Assembly: GCA_965237905.1 (NCBI GenBank)
Contig: OZ250172.1
Span: 1 to 64,000, forward strand
Source: Nitrospinaceae bacterium
GTDB taxonomy: Bacteria; Nitrospinota; Nitrospinia; Nitrospinales; Nitrospinaceae
Length of the DNA: 64,000 bases
Direction of reading: 5' to 3'
The notes below the pieces were generated by a model that was not told where the DNA came from, searched no databases, and saw only the letters and a list, made by a program, of their open reading frames with translations. This document shows positions 39,391-48,411 of the stretch, piece by piece. Every line of letters begins with the position of its first letter. Within the stretch, counting starts at the first letter, position 1. Both the position numbers and the translations under genes were made by a program.

Positions 39391-42219
39391 TTAATTATTG
39401 GTAATTTTGACGGTTTTGTAGAGGAAATTCTTGAAGCTCAGGAATTTTTTGTTTTCCTCGGGGTTGTTGCGGAACTGCTCCCCGCATACTCCCAGCTTGA
39501 CTGCGAGGCCGGGCAGATTGGTCTGATACCGCCTTTTGGCCATTTCAATCAAAGAGGACACGGCATCCCGTGTCAGACGTTTGCCTCGAAAAGGATGGTA
39601 AACGGACGTCCAAAAATCTCCCTGGCCCTGTTCCATAGTTTCCAGCAAGTCTCCTGCCCAATCGTTACTTTCCGTAGTCGAGGGAAGCTCCTTCGATTCC
39701 TCACCACTGGCATTTACTAAATCATCCCTGGTGATCAGAGAATTTTTGCAAAACAATAGAGCTCTCAGTAACAAATTTTTTAACTCCCGAACGTTTCCCC
39801 GGTACGTTCTATGGCTAAGAAATTGGATGGCCCCCTGATCAAAATGGGGCGGTGGGCTGTTGGAATCTTTTTTGTAGGCTTGGTGCAATCGGCCTAGAAA
39901 ATGGATGGCCAAGTCTTCAATATCTTCCTGCCGGTCATTGAGGGAAGGGATTTGAAAACCCAGTGCATTAAGTCGATGGTACAAGTCTTCGCGGAAACGG
40001 CCGGCTTCGATTTCATGTAACAGGTTTTTGTTGGTGGCGGTGATCAGAAAAATTCGCGAATAACGGGATTCATTTTCACCAAGTCGCATGAAGGCACCGG
40101 TATCCAGAAACCGTAAGAGTTGCACCTGTGTTTTGGGATCGGCATCGCCAATTTCATCGAGGAAGACGATCCCGCCGTCGGCCTCCTCCAAAATTCCTTT
40201 TCGGTTCGATTCCGCCCCGGTGAACGCTCCCTTTTTGTGGCCGAACAGTTCGCTGTAGGTCAAGTCCCCGCTGTAAGCGGCGATATTGGTTTTCCGCAAG
40301 TGCAGTTCGCAATGATCTCCCCGGTTGGCCCGGAAAATTTCCAGAAGGCGCGAATAAATAGTGTTGAAGAAAAACTCCTTGCCGCTCCCTGTGGGGCCGG
40401 TGATGAGTAGAGAAGGGATGCCCATGACCGCCTCCAGTTGTTGTCCTCGGTCCCAGTGGAGCATGCGGTGACTGATCGAATCCACCACCGTATTGATCTG
40501 CTTGACCAGATTGTGAATCTTCCGGCTTTTGCCGATGACGTTGCCGAGGTAATACGAAGAAACTTTGGGATCGCGGTATTCAATTTCCTCACGCAGGACG
40601 GACATTTCCGCCCGCACGTTTTCTATTTGCTTCAGGTGGTACACTTTTTGCCCGATCAAGCTGGCGATGATCTGTAGGATTTTTTTGTGCTCTTCCTTGA
40701 AATAATTCATCTTGAAACTGTCTTGGTTGATCACTCCCAGAACGTTGTTTTCATAAATGATGGGTACCGCCAACTCGGCGCGGATGGCCGACGATAGGTT
40801 TTTGTAAAACCCCTGGGTCAGATTGGCATTGGTTACATCAGAGAACAGGACGGGACGGGCGGTATGTGCGCAATACCCGTTGACCGATTTCATCTCGTCC
40901 GGAAGATCATTACCTCCCACCCGCAGGGGAGAAATCTTGCTCTTTTTCCAGTCGCGTGATTTAGCTCCAACCAGCTCACCTTGATCGTCCTCGACCACCA
41001 GCCAGGGTTTATCGTCGATCATTTTCAAGAGAGAAATGGTGCCGCAATCCGCTCCGAGTAATTCCGAGGTTTTGCCCAGAATGTTTTGCAGGAACGATTG
41101 CAGGGAACTGTTTTGATCGGACAGCAGTCCTTCGATTTCGCTCAGTACCTGAATTTCAATATGAGCGTGGCTTTCTTCCAGAATCAGGTTTTCCACCATG
41201 GATGCGTGTTGCTGGAGCAGGGCTTTTTCAAAAGAGGTGAACTCGTAAGGCTCACTGGTGTAGTAATTGACGGCGCAGATGAATTTCCCCGTTTTAGAGT
41301 CGTATTTGGGAACCTGATAGAGAGACACCAGATTGATCTGGCTGGCGATATCTTTTCTTGGAAATTGTTCCTCCATGACGTTTTCATGAAAGACCGATCC
41401 CTGCTGAAGGTCTTTCATCACCAGACCTTTGTCCGGAGCAAATTGGATAATCCGGTTGATCAGATTGTGACCGTCCAGCACGCGGATCTGTTCCTTGTTG
41501 TTATAAATACTCGCGTGTTCAAATTTTTGCGAATAGACGGCGAGAATTTCAACCAGATCGGAAGGACTTCCACTCTTTTGAGGAGGTTGGGTTTGGGACA
41601 CCGGAACCAGAACCGAAGCCAGTGTGAGATTTTCAATCAGGTTCATCGCTGATCGCATCATCAGCCAGGCGCCGTCTTTTTTTCGGGCCGTATCCAGATG
41701 CCGGGAAAATGAAATATTCTGATGGTAACGCTTGGCCTTTTCGATGATAGGGCTGTTCTCTCCCAGGAAACGGGTGATATCTTCAATGGCTTCGGAAGTT
41801 AAAAATTTGCCTTCCTTGTTCCAGTCCAGGCTCAGGGTGCCGATGGGCCGCATCTGGTACGTGATAGGGAAAACAGCAGTACTTTTGATATTGGAAAGCG
41901 CTTCCAGTGGATTACGAAAACTGGAGAAGCCGCCTGGAATATCCCAGGAAACCACTACCGAATTTTCATAGAAGGCTTTCGAGGTGATGGATTCTTTGGG
42001 CGAAATGTATTTGGTGATGCGGTGCTGGTCGGGCTGATTTTGGCCGGTGACGTAATGGCAGATCAGCATACCCTCATACAGATCCTCTAGATATATGCGG
42101 ACCGAATCACAGCGATAGGTGTTCTTCAAATCGGTGGCCAACAAATGCAGGATTTCCGAAAGATTTTCCTTTTCGAAACTGGATAAGGTCTGGCCTAATT
42201 TTTGGAGATTAGTCGTCAT
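39391..42219 (-). CDS. sigma54-dependent enhancer-binding protein with tandem N-terminal GAF-like domains
   Basis: ITGPTGSGKE, ELFGHKKGAFTGA, FLDEIG, FREDLYHRLN, GNVREL; GAF-like AVFPI...IGTL and ELAVPI...LGVIN. Confidence 0.92.
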   Translation of the reverse strand: MTTNLQKLGQTLSSFEKENLSEILHLLATDLKNTYRCDSVRIYLEDLYEGMLICHYVTGQNQPDQHRITKYISPKESITSKAFYENSVVVSWDIPGGFSSFRNPLEALSNIKSTAVFPITYQMRPIGTLSLDWNKEGKFLTSEAIEDITRFLGENSPIIEKAKRYHQNISFSRHLDTARKKDGAWLMMRSAMNLIENLTLASVLVPVSQTQPPQKSGSPSDLVEILAVYSQKFEHASIYNNKEQIRVLDGHNLINRIIQFAPDKGLVMKDLQQGSVFHENVMEEQFPRKDIASQINLVSLYQVPKYDSKTGKFICAVNYYTSEPYEFTSFEKALLQQHASMVENLILEESHAHIEIQVLSEIEGLLSDQNSSLQSFLQNILGKTSELLGADCGTISLLKMIDDKPWLVVEDDQGELVGAKSRDWKKSKISPLRVGGNDLPDEMKSVNGYCAHTARPVLFSDVTNANLTQGFYKNLSSAIRAELAVPIIYENNVLGVINQDSFKMNYFKEEHKKILQIIASLIGQKVYHLKQIENVRAEMSVLREEIEYRDPKVSSYYLGNVIGKSRKIHNLVKQINTVVDSISHRMLHWDRGQQLEAVMGIPSLLITGPTGSGKEFFFNTIYSRLLEIFRANRGDHCELHLRKTNIAAYSGDLTYSELFGHKKGAFTGAESNRKGILEEADGGIVFLDEIGDADPKTQVQLLRFLDTGAFMRLGENESRYSRIFLITATNKNLLHEIEAGRFREDLYHRLNALGFQIPSLNDRQEDIEDLAIHFLGRLHQAYKKDSNSPPPHFDQGAIQFLSHRTYRGNVRELKNLLLRALLFCKNSLITRDDLVNASGEESKELPSTTESNDWAGDLLETMEQGQGDFWTSVYHPFRGKRLTRDAVSSLIEMAKRRYQTNLPGLAVKLGVCGEQFRNNPEENKKFLSFKNFLYKTVKITNN

Positions 42220-42415
42220 CGGGGTAATCCAAGTGAGTAAAAAAACTACACAATTTTACCTTTTTAGAGCAACAATGGCAATAGATCAAAATTAGAGATC
42301 CTATCTGCTTGCGTCAAAAACTCGGTGAGTGAGGCGGTAATTTTTGCCCGGTTGTCAAAATACGGGTCGATGGAATTCACAGCTCATCATTTTTGAAATC
42401 CATCAATATGCATAA

Positions 42416-42428
42416 AATCAATAAGTTA
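42416..42428 (+). promoter_or_regulatory. IHF binding site
   Basis: AATCAATAAGTTA, an exact WATCAANNNNTTR match just upstream of a sigma54 promoter. Confidence 0.75.
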
Positions 42429-42463
42429 TAAGATATGATTTTTGATTTATGAGTCGGGCTGTC

Positions 42464-42480
42464 TTGGCATAAGATTTGCT
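42464..42480 (+). promoter_or_regulatory. sigma54 -24/-12 promoter of flgB
   Basis: TTGGCATAAGATTTGCT (GG-N10-GC). Confidence 0.88.
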
Positions 42481-42504
42481 CTTTAAATGGTTTAGGAGCT
42501 TATT

Positions 42505-42930
42505 ATGCTAATCGACCGCTTACTATTTGCCGATAAAACGCCGTTAGTATTGAAAAAAGCGCTGGATTCTCAATCTCAACGCCACTTGCTGATTTCCAGT
42601 AATATCAGCAATATCGATACACCGGGTTATCAGGCCAAGGATATTGATTTTAAAGGGGCGCTGAGAGCCGCTCTGGGAGCGGGTGATGGCTTGGCACTGC
42701 GTACCACTCACAGCAGTCATATTGGACCCAATAAGAATGATATCAAGGGATTGCAGGCGGAACCCTTTGTTGAAGCGGATGCCGCCAAATCCAACGGTAA
42801 CAACGTCAATATCGACAAGGAAATGATGAAGCTGGCCGAGAATCAAATTTCCTATAACGCCACCATTCAAATGATGGCTAAGCGGGGATCTACGATAAGG
42901 GCCGCGATCACTGAAAATGCCCAGGGGTAA
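42505..42930 (+). CDS. flgB: Flagellar basal-body rod protein FlgB
   Basis: SNISNIDTPGYQAKDIDF, NGNNVNIDKEM..LAENQI.Y. Confidence 0.95.
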   Translation: MLIDRLLFADKTPLVLKKALDSQSQRHLLISSNISNIDTPGYQAKDIDFKGALRAALGAGDGLALRTTHSSHIGPNKNDIKGLQAEPFVEADAAKSNGNNVNIDKEMMKLAENQISYNATIQMMAKRGSTIRAAITENAQG

Positions 42931-43003
42931 AGGTTTTGGAGAATCCGAGATTGTTGACAAAGCACCGCAATCGCAGTAACTTAAGAGTACTAACTTGAGT
43001 GGA

Positions 43004-43327
43004 ATGATGGAAGATATAACAGTTAAAACACAATTGAAGACTGCCCTCAATCCGGGCTTGTCCCCTGCCGATGGCAAGATTGGTCCCAATCAAACGGGGG
43101 AAGCCGGACCGTCCTTTGCAGACACCCTGGCCAAATCGATCGAGGAGGTCAACCATCTGCAGAAAGAGGCGGACCAGGCAATCGAGAAGCTGGCTTCCGG
43201 TGAATCGCAAAATGTCCACGGCGCCATGCTGGCGGTGAACAAGGCGGATACCGCCTTTCGCATGACCATGCAGGTACGGAATAAAATCGTGGAAGCTTAT
43301 CAAGAGGTCATGCGGATGCAGGTTTAA
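43004..43327 (+). CDS. fliE: Flagellar hook-basal body complex protein FliE
   Basis: SFADTL...VN..Q...VHGAM...QVRNKIVEAYQEVMRMQV. Confidence 0.95.
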   Translation: MMEDITVKTQLKTALNPGLSPADGKIGPNQTGEAGPSFADTLAKSIEEVNHLQKEADQAIEKLASGESQNVHGAMLAVNKADTAFRMTMQVRNKIVEAYQEVMRMQV

Positions 43328-43356
43328 TCATCTTCCGGTTTCAAGGTTGATTTCTT

Positions 43357-43386
43357 TCCCTCGGAGTTTTCCGGGGGATTTTTTTT
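43357..43386 (+). terminator. Intrinsic terminator after fliE
   Basis: TCCCTCGGA-GTTT-TCCGGGGGA followed by T8. Confidence 0.8.
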
Positions 43387-43687
43387 GCCCCGGGCCACGC
43401 CCGGGGGAAAATGAGCAAAAGCATTTGGATGCGTCTGTAAAATTGTCGTCGCCAACCGAGGTTTTTAAATTCGCCCCGCGCGGAGCGGGCGGCGCAGGGC
43501 CAATTTCGCCGGGGCATCAGGGGGCGATCTACGGGTTGCTTTCGCCAGCCAAGGTTTCAAAGTTACCTGCGAAGGTACTCCGCCCGGTTGACAAGATGGG
43601 TCAATTGGAGGATATTTATCTTCAGAATACTGGATACGAAAGTAAAAACTTGGTTTGATCCAACAGGAATTGGATCATGGAGGCTTT

Positions 43688-44098
43688 ATGAAACGCGTCA
43701 CCGGTTACATCTTTTTGATAGGATTGTTCGCCTTGCTGGGCTCCAACCCGGTATGGGCGCAGGCGGGCGGCCATGCCAGTGTCGGTCTGGGGCATGGCGA
43801 AGAGGGGTATTTGCACCTTCAGGAAATGGTCAAACACTTTGAATTCAGTTTGAAGATGAACGATGCTTCTCCCGAGCTAAAAATACACGGGGCTGAAGCG
43901 CTGAAGCACGCCCGGCAAGCTCTCAAACATTATAATGAAGCATTGACCCATGCTTCGGAATCGCTGGGACGCCCCGCTGGAAATCCTATGATGGGTGGCG
44001 GTTCGGGCGGTGACCACAGGGATGAAGGGTCGGATCATGATCAAGGTCCAGGGGGGGCCTATGGTAGACCCGGAATGCCGGAAGGTTCCCAGCATTAA
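43688..44098 (+). CDS. Secreted His-rich helical protein, SmbP (small metal-binding protein)-like
   Basis: GGAGG RBS; signal peptide; His every 7 residues (HGEEGYLH, ALKHARQALKHYNEALTH). Confidence 0.6.
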   Translation: MKRVTGYIFLIGLFALLGSNPVWAQAGGHASVGLGHGEEGYLHLQEMVKHFEFSLKMNDASPELKIHGAEALKHARQALKHYNEALTHASESLGRPAGNPMMGGGSGGDHRDEGSDHDQGPGGAYGRPGMPEGSQH

Positions 44099-44123
44099 CT
44101 TTTGATCTTGGAAGTTTGCGGAT

Positions 44124-45068
44124 TTAGGACTCGATCGGCAGTTTTGGGTTGTGGCTCCAATCCCACCACGATCCGTCATAATTTCGCACCTTATACCCGA
44201 GATGGCGGAAAACGAAATAAGCCATCGCCGACCTCACCCCTCCCGTACAGTAAACTACGATTTCCTGGCTGGATTGAATGCCCTTGGATTTTAAAAGGGA
44301 GTCCAGTGCCTCACGCGGTTTCAAATTGCCATCCGATTTGAAAAATTCCCGCCAATCGATATGGAGCGCCCCGGGAATATGGCCTCCCCGGGATGAACCG
44401 TAGGGCGTCGCCCCATCAAATTCACGTTTTTCCCGATTGTCAATCAGGGCCATATTCTGTGAGCCTAATCGTGAGGCGATCCAGCTTTGATCCGCCAGGA
44501 CATCCCGGTTGAAATTGATATCGGATGTTTCCAACGCAGAGGGTTTGGGAGTCTGTCCGAAGCCCCGCTTTTTGGAAAACCCGGCTTTTTCCCAATTTTG
44601 GAATCCTCCTTTCAACAGAGCCACCCGCTTGAATCCATAAAACTCGAACATCCAGAAAAAACGGCCATCGGTGCGCCATTTATCGGACAAATCTCCATAG
44701 ATGATAATGGTTTTCTGAGGGTCGATACTGAGAGAACGCAACTTCCGAACGATAAACTCTTTGTCCTGATTGATTTGGCCCATAACCCCGTTGGATTTAA
44801 CTGTAAACTCTTTCCAGTTGCTTAAATTTATGGCTCCAGGAATATGTCCCAGCAGATATTTCCAGGACGGCCGGGTGTCGATCAAAACCCGTTCGTTTAT
44901 GGACAAGGACTGGACTTGCTCCGGAGTGATAAGCAGTTCAAAATCAGGGGTAGAAAGGGCAGGGTGGGGTACCCCAAAGATCCCGAATGCAAGGATAGAA
45001 ACCCTTAATAAAGCGGCCTTTATTTTCCTTGACAAAATGCAGTTTGGACTTGTAATATCATGCTTCAT
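44124..45068 (-). CDS. Tandem-domain rhodanese/sulfurtransferase, possibly exported
   Basis: GHIPGA twice, YCTGGVRS, YDGSWWDW; hydrophobic N-terminus. Confidence 0.88.
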   Translation of the reverse strand: MKHDITSPNCILSRKIKAALLRVSILAFGIFGVPHPALSTPDFELLITPEQVQSLSINERVLIDTRPSWKYLLGHIPGAINLSNWKEFTVKSNGVMGQINQDKEFIVRKLRSLSIDPQKTIIIYGDLSDKWRTDGRFFWMFEFYGFKRVALLKGGFQNWEKAGFSKKRGFGQTPKPSALETSDINFNRDVLADQSWIASRLGSQNMALIDNREKREFDGATPYGSSRGGHIPGALHIDWREFFKSDGNLKPREALDSLLKSKGIQSSQEIVVYCTGGVRSAMAYFVFRHLGYKVRNYDGSWWDWSHNPKLPIES

Positions 45069-45338
45069 TTTTTGACCTAAGGCCTTTTAAATGCGATGTT
45101 TTTTGGTAAATACTCCGATTTTCCCGGTCCCCAAAAACTCACCAATTTTTTGCTAAGAGACTGATTTGCAGGGATGGCCGGTCGAAGTTGTAAAATACCA
45201 TCATTATAAGGACGTTTTAAAAAGAATCTGGATTCAAAAATCTTTTCTTTCCTGTAGTACACTGGCGGTCTTGGGAATCGATTTGATTAATTTAAGTGTA
45301 TACAATATATTGCCAAAAGTCAGTATTATGAGGGAGCT

Positions 45339-46166
45339 ATGACGAACGAACAGGATAATGACAAACAGAACCCGTCTCCTAAGGACCGGTTGGAACAGAT
45401 CAAACAAGAGGCGCAGGAAGACGCCAGCTCCTATTATGATCAGGGTAAATCGAAAGATGATGCTGTGACAGAAGAAGATTTTACCAAGCCGGTCCCTCCA
45501 GTGAACGAGGAAAAAGAGGACATGAATATGATGAAAGCCCTGGCGTATCTGGGATTTGGTATGGGGGCTTTGGCGATCATCGTCATCGTGTTTTTTCTCC
45601 GCAACCTGGACCACAAAGTGGGTGATATGGATACCGCGGTTGGGACGTTGGAAGAAAAATTCGGTCCCCTCAAACTGGAGGTGGATGAAAAGCTGGCCAA
45701 GGTCAATGCTGATGTTTCGCAATTACAAGACCGGTTTGGGAATTATGAACGGCAGGCGGCAGTCACAGAATTGAAAAGGGCGTTGGTGGCCATTCAGACA
45801 GTCACGGAAAATACGAACCCGGAGGTTCAAGTGAAATCGGATCAAGTGATCGCAAGTATAGAAAACCTTCTGCGTGAATTGGGTTCCGGACCTCCCGGCG
45901 CGTCTCCGGCCCCCGGATCGGTTGCTCCGACTTCTGCGCCTGCATCGTCTGCACCCGCTTCGGAAGAAAAACCGTTTGAGATTATCCTGGAGCAACCTGC
46001 CCCCGCTCCCATGGCGGAAGCTCATCCTCCGGAAGAACCGGTTGCTGAAGCAGCTCCAGCCGAGCCAGCAGAAGAATCGGCCCCTGCGGCTAAAGAACCT
46101 GCCGCCGAAGCCAGCGGTGGAGATGACGATGAGTCCGACGATGAAGAGGATGAAGAGGACGAATAA
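45339..46166 (+). CDS. Hypothetical single-TM coiled-coil protein with Pro/Ala-rich and acidic tail
   Basis: GAGGGAG RBS; one TM segment; heptad-like region; low-complexity C-terminus; followed by a hairpin. Confidence 0.75.
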   Translation: MTNEQDNDKQNPSPKDRLEQIKQEAQEDASSYYDQGKSKDDAVTEEDFTKPVPPVNEEKEDMNMMKALAYLGFGMGALAIIVIVFFLRNLDHKVGDMDTAVGTLEEKFGPLKLEVDEKLAKVNADVSQLQDRFGNYERQAAVTELKRALVAIQTVTENTNPEVQVKSDQVIASIENLLRELGSGPPGASPAPGSVAPTSAPASSAPASEEKPFEIILEQPAPAPMAEAHPPEEPVAEAAPAEPAEESAPAAKEPAAEASGGDDDESDDEEDEEDE

Positions 46167-46182
46167 GTTTTACTGAATTCCT

Positions 46183-46220
46183 GGCCTGGGACCTTGCAAG
46201 GGTCTCAGGCCTTATTTGTT
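46183..46220 (+). terminator. Probable terminator
   Basis: GGCCTGGGACCT..AGGGTCTCAGGCC followed by TTATTTGTT. Confidence 0.65.
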
Positions 46221-46244
46221 TGAACGGCTTTGGAAAATGACATC

Positions 46245-46559
46245 ATGCCTGTAAAATTTATCATATTTATTATTCTGTCCATTATCGTGGCTATTTTTGC
46301 CGTTAAAAACATGGATATGGTGGAGGTCAGTTTTTATGACTTCAGTCTGAATTCCCATGATTACCCTGTTCCTCTCCTGGTCGTGATTGTAGTGTCATTG
46401 GGTTTTGGTTTTTTTCTTGCGTGGATAGACGGGTGGGTGGCCAAAATGAAATTGAAATCCATCATTCGCCAAAACAATAGAACGATTGAGTCCCTCGATG
46501 AGGAATTGAGGAAATACAGAAAACCTTCCTTACCTGAATATACCGAATCTGAAAAATAG
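46245..46559 (+). CDS. LapA-domain (LPS assembly protein A) family protein
   Basis: IFAVKN...V.V.F...PL..V....GF pattern; 2 TM plus coiled tail. Confidence 0.75.
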   Translation: MPVKFIIFIILSIIVAIFAVKNMDMVEVSFYDFSLNSHDYPVPLLVVIVVSLGFGFFLAWIDGWVAKMKLKSIIRQNNRTIESLDEELRKYRKPSLPEYTESEK

Positions 46560-46594
46560 TTTTTCACCTTTGTCTATGTTCGACCGATAGTTTT

Positions 46595-47359
46595 ATGCAT
46601 CCACAATTTTTATCCCCACAACAACTCCATGATTTTGAACGTGACGGGTTTCTTTTGATCCGCAAACCGGTTGAGTCAAAAGAGATCAATCAAGTTGTTT
46701 CCTGGGTGAATGAAGTCCAGGACTACCCGGAAGTTCCCGGAAAATACATGATGTACTTTGAGAAGAGTCTTTTGGAGTCCGAAAAGCGGATTCTTCAACG
46801 CATGGAGAATGTGTACGAGTATCATGAAGGCTTCAAAGGCTTGTTTGACAGTGATTGGTTGAAGGGCGTGGTTTCGGATTTGTTTCGTGAGTCTGCCGTG
46901 TTGTTTAAGGACAAGATCAATTTCAAGCTTCCGGGGGGTGGCGGGTTTGATTGGCATCAGGACCAACAGGCAGGGTGGTGGGTCTATGCGCCAATTTTCA
47001 TCACCGCGCTTATTTGTATCGATCCGGTCACTCCCGAAAACGGCCCCCTCGAGCTTTCTGCCGGACAACACAAGCAGGGATTGATGGGTAAGGAGTGGGA
47101 ACCGCTGAATGATGACAATATGAAAGAAATGAAGTTTGAGCCCATGATGCTGGAACCGGGAGACATGGTGTTTTTCGACTCATTCGTTCCCCACGGGTCC
47201 GGTTCCAACATGACCGATCAACCCCGGCGGGTTCTTTACATCACCTATAACAAGCTTTCGGAAGGCGATCACCGGAAGCAGTATTACGCGGACAAGCGTA
47301 AAAGCTTTCCTCCTGATTGCGAACGCGATCCCAAAAAGGAATATAAGTTTCGAGTTTAG
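46595..47359 (+). CDS. Fe(II)/2OG dioxygenase, PhyH family (PhnY-like)
   Basis: FERDGFL, KDKINFKLPGGGGF.WHQD, ENGPL, PGD..FFD...PHGS..N....RR. Confidence 0.85.
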   Translation: MHPQFLSPQQLHDFERDGFLLIRKPVESKEINQVVSWVNEVQDYPEVPGKYMMYFEKSLLESEKRILQRMENVYEYHEGFKGLFDSDWLKGVVSDLFRESAVLFKDKINFKLPGGGGFDWHQDQQAGWWVYAPIFITALICIDPVTPENGPLELSAGQHKQGLMGKEWEPLNDDNMKEMKFEPMMLEPGDMVFFDSFVPHGSGSNMTDQPRRVLYITYNKLSEGDHRKQYYADKRKSFPPDCERDPKKEYKFRV

Positions 47360-48411
47360 AATTCCGGTTGTTGCTGTGTGACGCAGTGAATGGCCCCCAA
47401 TCCCCAAACAAACGTTTCGCAGGGAATCCCCACAATCTCTCGATCAGGAAAAAATCGTTTTAAAATGGACTCGGCAACGGCATCGTTGTGGTGATTGTAA
47501 GTGGGTAACAGGACCGCCCGATTGCCGATATAAAAATTGGCGTAACTGGCGGGCAATCGTCCCTCATCGCCTGCGATGCGGCCCGGCATCGGGAGCTTTA
47601 TAATATTCAGCGGTTTTCCACTTTCATCGCGGAACGATTCAAGAATTTGGAGGTTCTCTTGCAGGCAGGCACGGTTGGGGTCCGTTGTATCTTCCTCCCA
47701 GGCACAAAGCACCGTATCGGGATTAACAAAGCGGACCAGGTTGTCGATGTGACCGTCGGTATCGTCTCCTTCAATGTTACCCTGACACCAGATGATTTCC
47801 CGGACGCCCAGATAACGTTTCAAATAGGATTCCATCTCGGCTTTTTCGAGGCCGCCGTTCCGGTTGGGATTGAGTAAGCATTGTTCGGTGGTGATGCACA
47901 GGCCCTGGCCGTTGACCTCGATGGCGCCGCCTTCCAGGACAATCCCGGGTTCGAAGTGGGCTATTCCCAATAGATCCGCTATGGCGCCGCCCACCCGGTC
48001 ATCCAAGCCCCACTCGTATTTACCGCCCCAGGAATCGAATTTCCAGAGATTGGCTGAGGCTTCCCGTTTGCCGGAAGACGTTTCCCGAACCAGAAAATTG
48101 GGACCGTAATCACGAATCCAGGCGTCGTTAGTTGGGATAGAATAAGTTATTATATTTTTATTAGTTAGTAGACTACTCTTAATTAGTTTGTTTAGCTGAA
48201 AAGCATCCGATTCCCGGTTCACCAGAAGGTGGATCTTTTCTCCTTTGGCAAGAGCCTTGATCATCTGTACATAGACGGCCTCGATTTTTGCCATGTCCTG
48301 TCCCGGCCAGGTCTCCAGATTATGAGGCCAGGTCAGCCAGGTGGCAGAGTGGGGTTCCCATTCGGCGGGCATGCGGAAGCCGAGGTCAGCGGGATAAGAG
48401 TCAGGTTTCAT
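47356..48411 (-). CDS. aguA: Agmatine deiminase
   Basis: MPAEWEPH, DAWIRDYGP, LEGG, DDTDGHID, ASYANF, GAIHCVTQQ. Confidence 0.92.
   Translation of the reverse strand: MKPDSYPADLGFRMPAEWEPHSATWLTWPHNLETWPGQDMAKIEAVYVQMIKALAKGEKIHLLVNRESDAFQLNKLIKSSLLTNKNIITYSIPTNDAWIRDYGPNFLVRETSSGKREASANLWKFDSWGGKYEWGLDDRVGGAIADLLGIAHFEPGIVLEGGAIEVNGQGLCITTEQCLLNPNRNGGLEKAEMESYLKRYLGVREIIWCQGNIEGDDTDGHIDNLVRFVNPDTVLCAWEEDTTDPNRACLQENLQILESFRDESGKPLNIIKLPMPGRIAGDEGRLPASYANFYIGNRAVLLPTYNHHNDAVAESILKRFFPDREIVGIPCETFVWGLGAIHCVTQQQPEF

Noticed and set aside
43347..43658. 103-aa ORF after fliE as a possible flgC/fliF remnant
   Set aside because: No flagellar motifs; it runs through the terminator and hairpins.
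45234..45722. 162-aa minus-strand ORF
   Set aside because: Antisense to 45339-46166, which has an RBS, TM segment and terminator.
48125..48200. Very AT-rich patch inside aguA
   Set aside because: The frame is intact and it falls in a variable segment; no insertion boundaries are visible.
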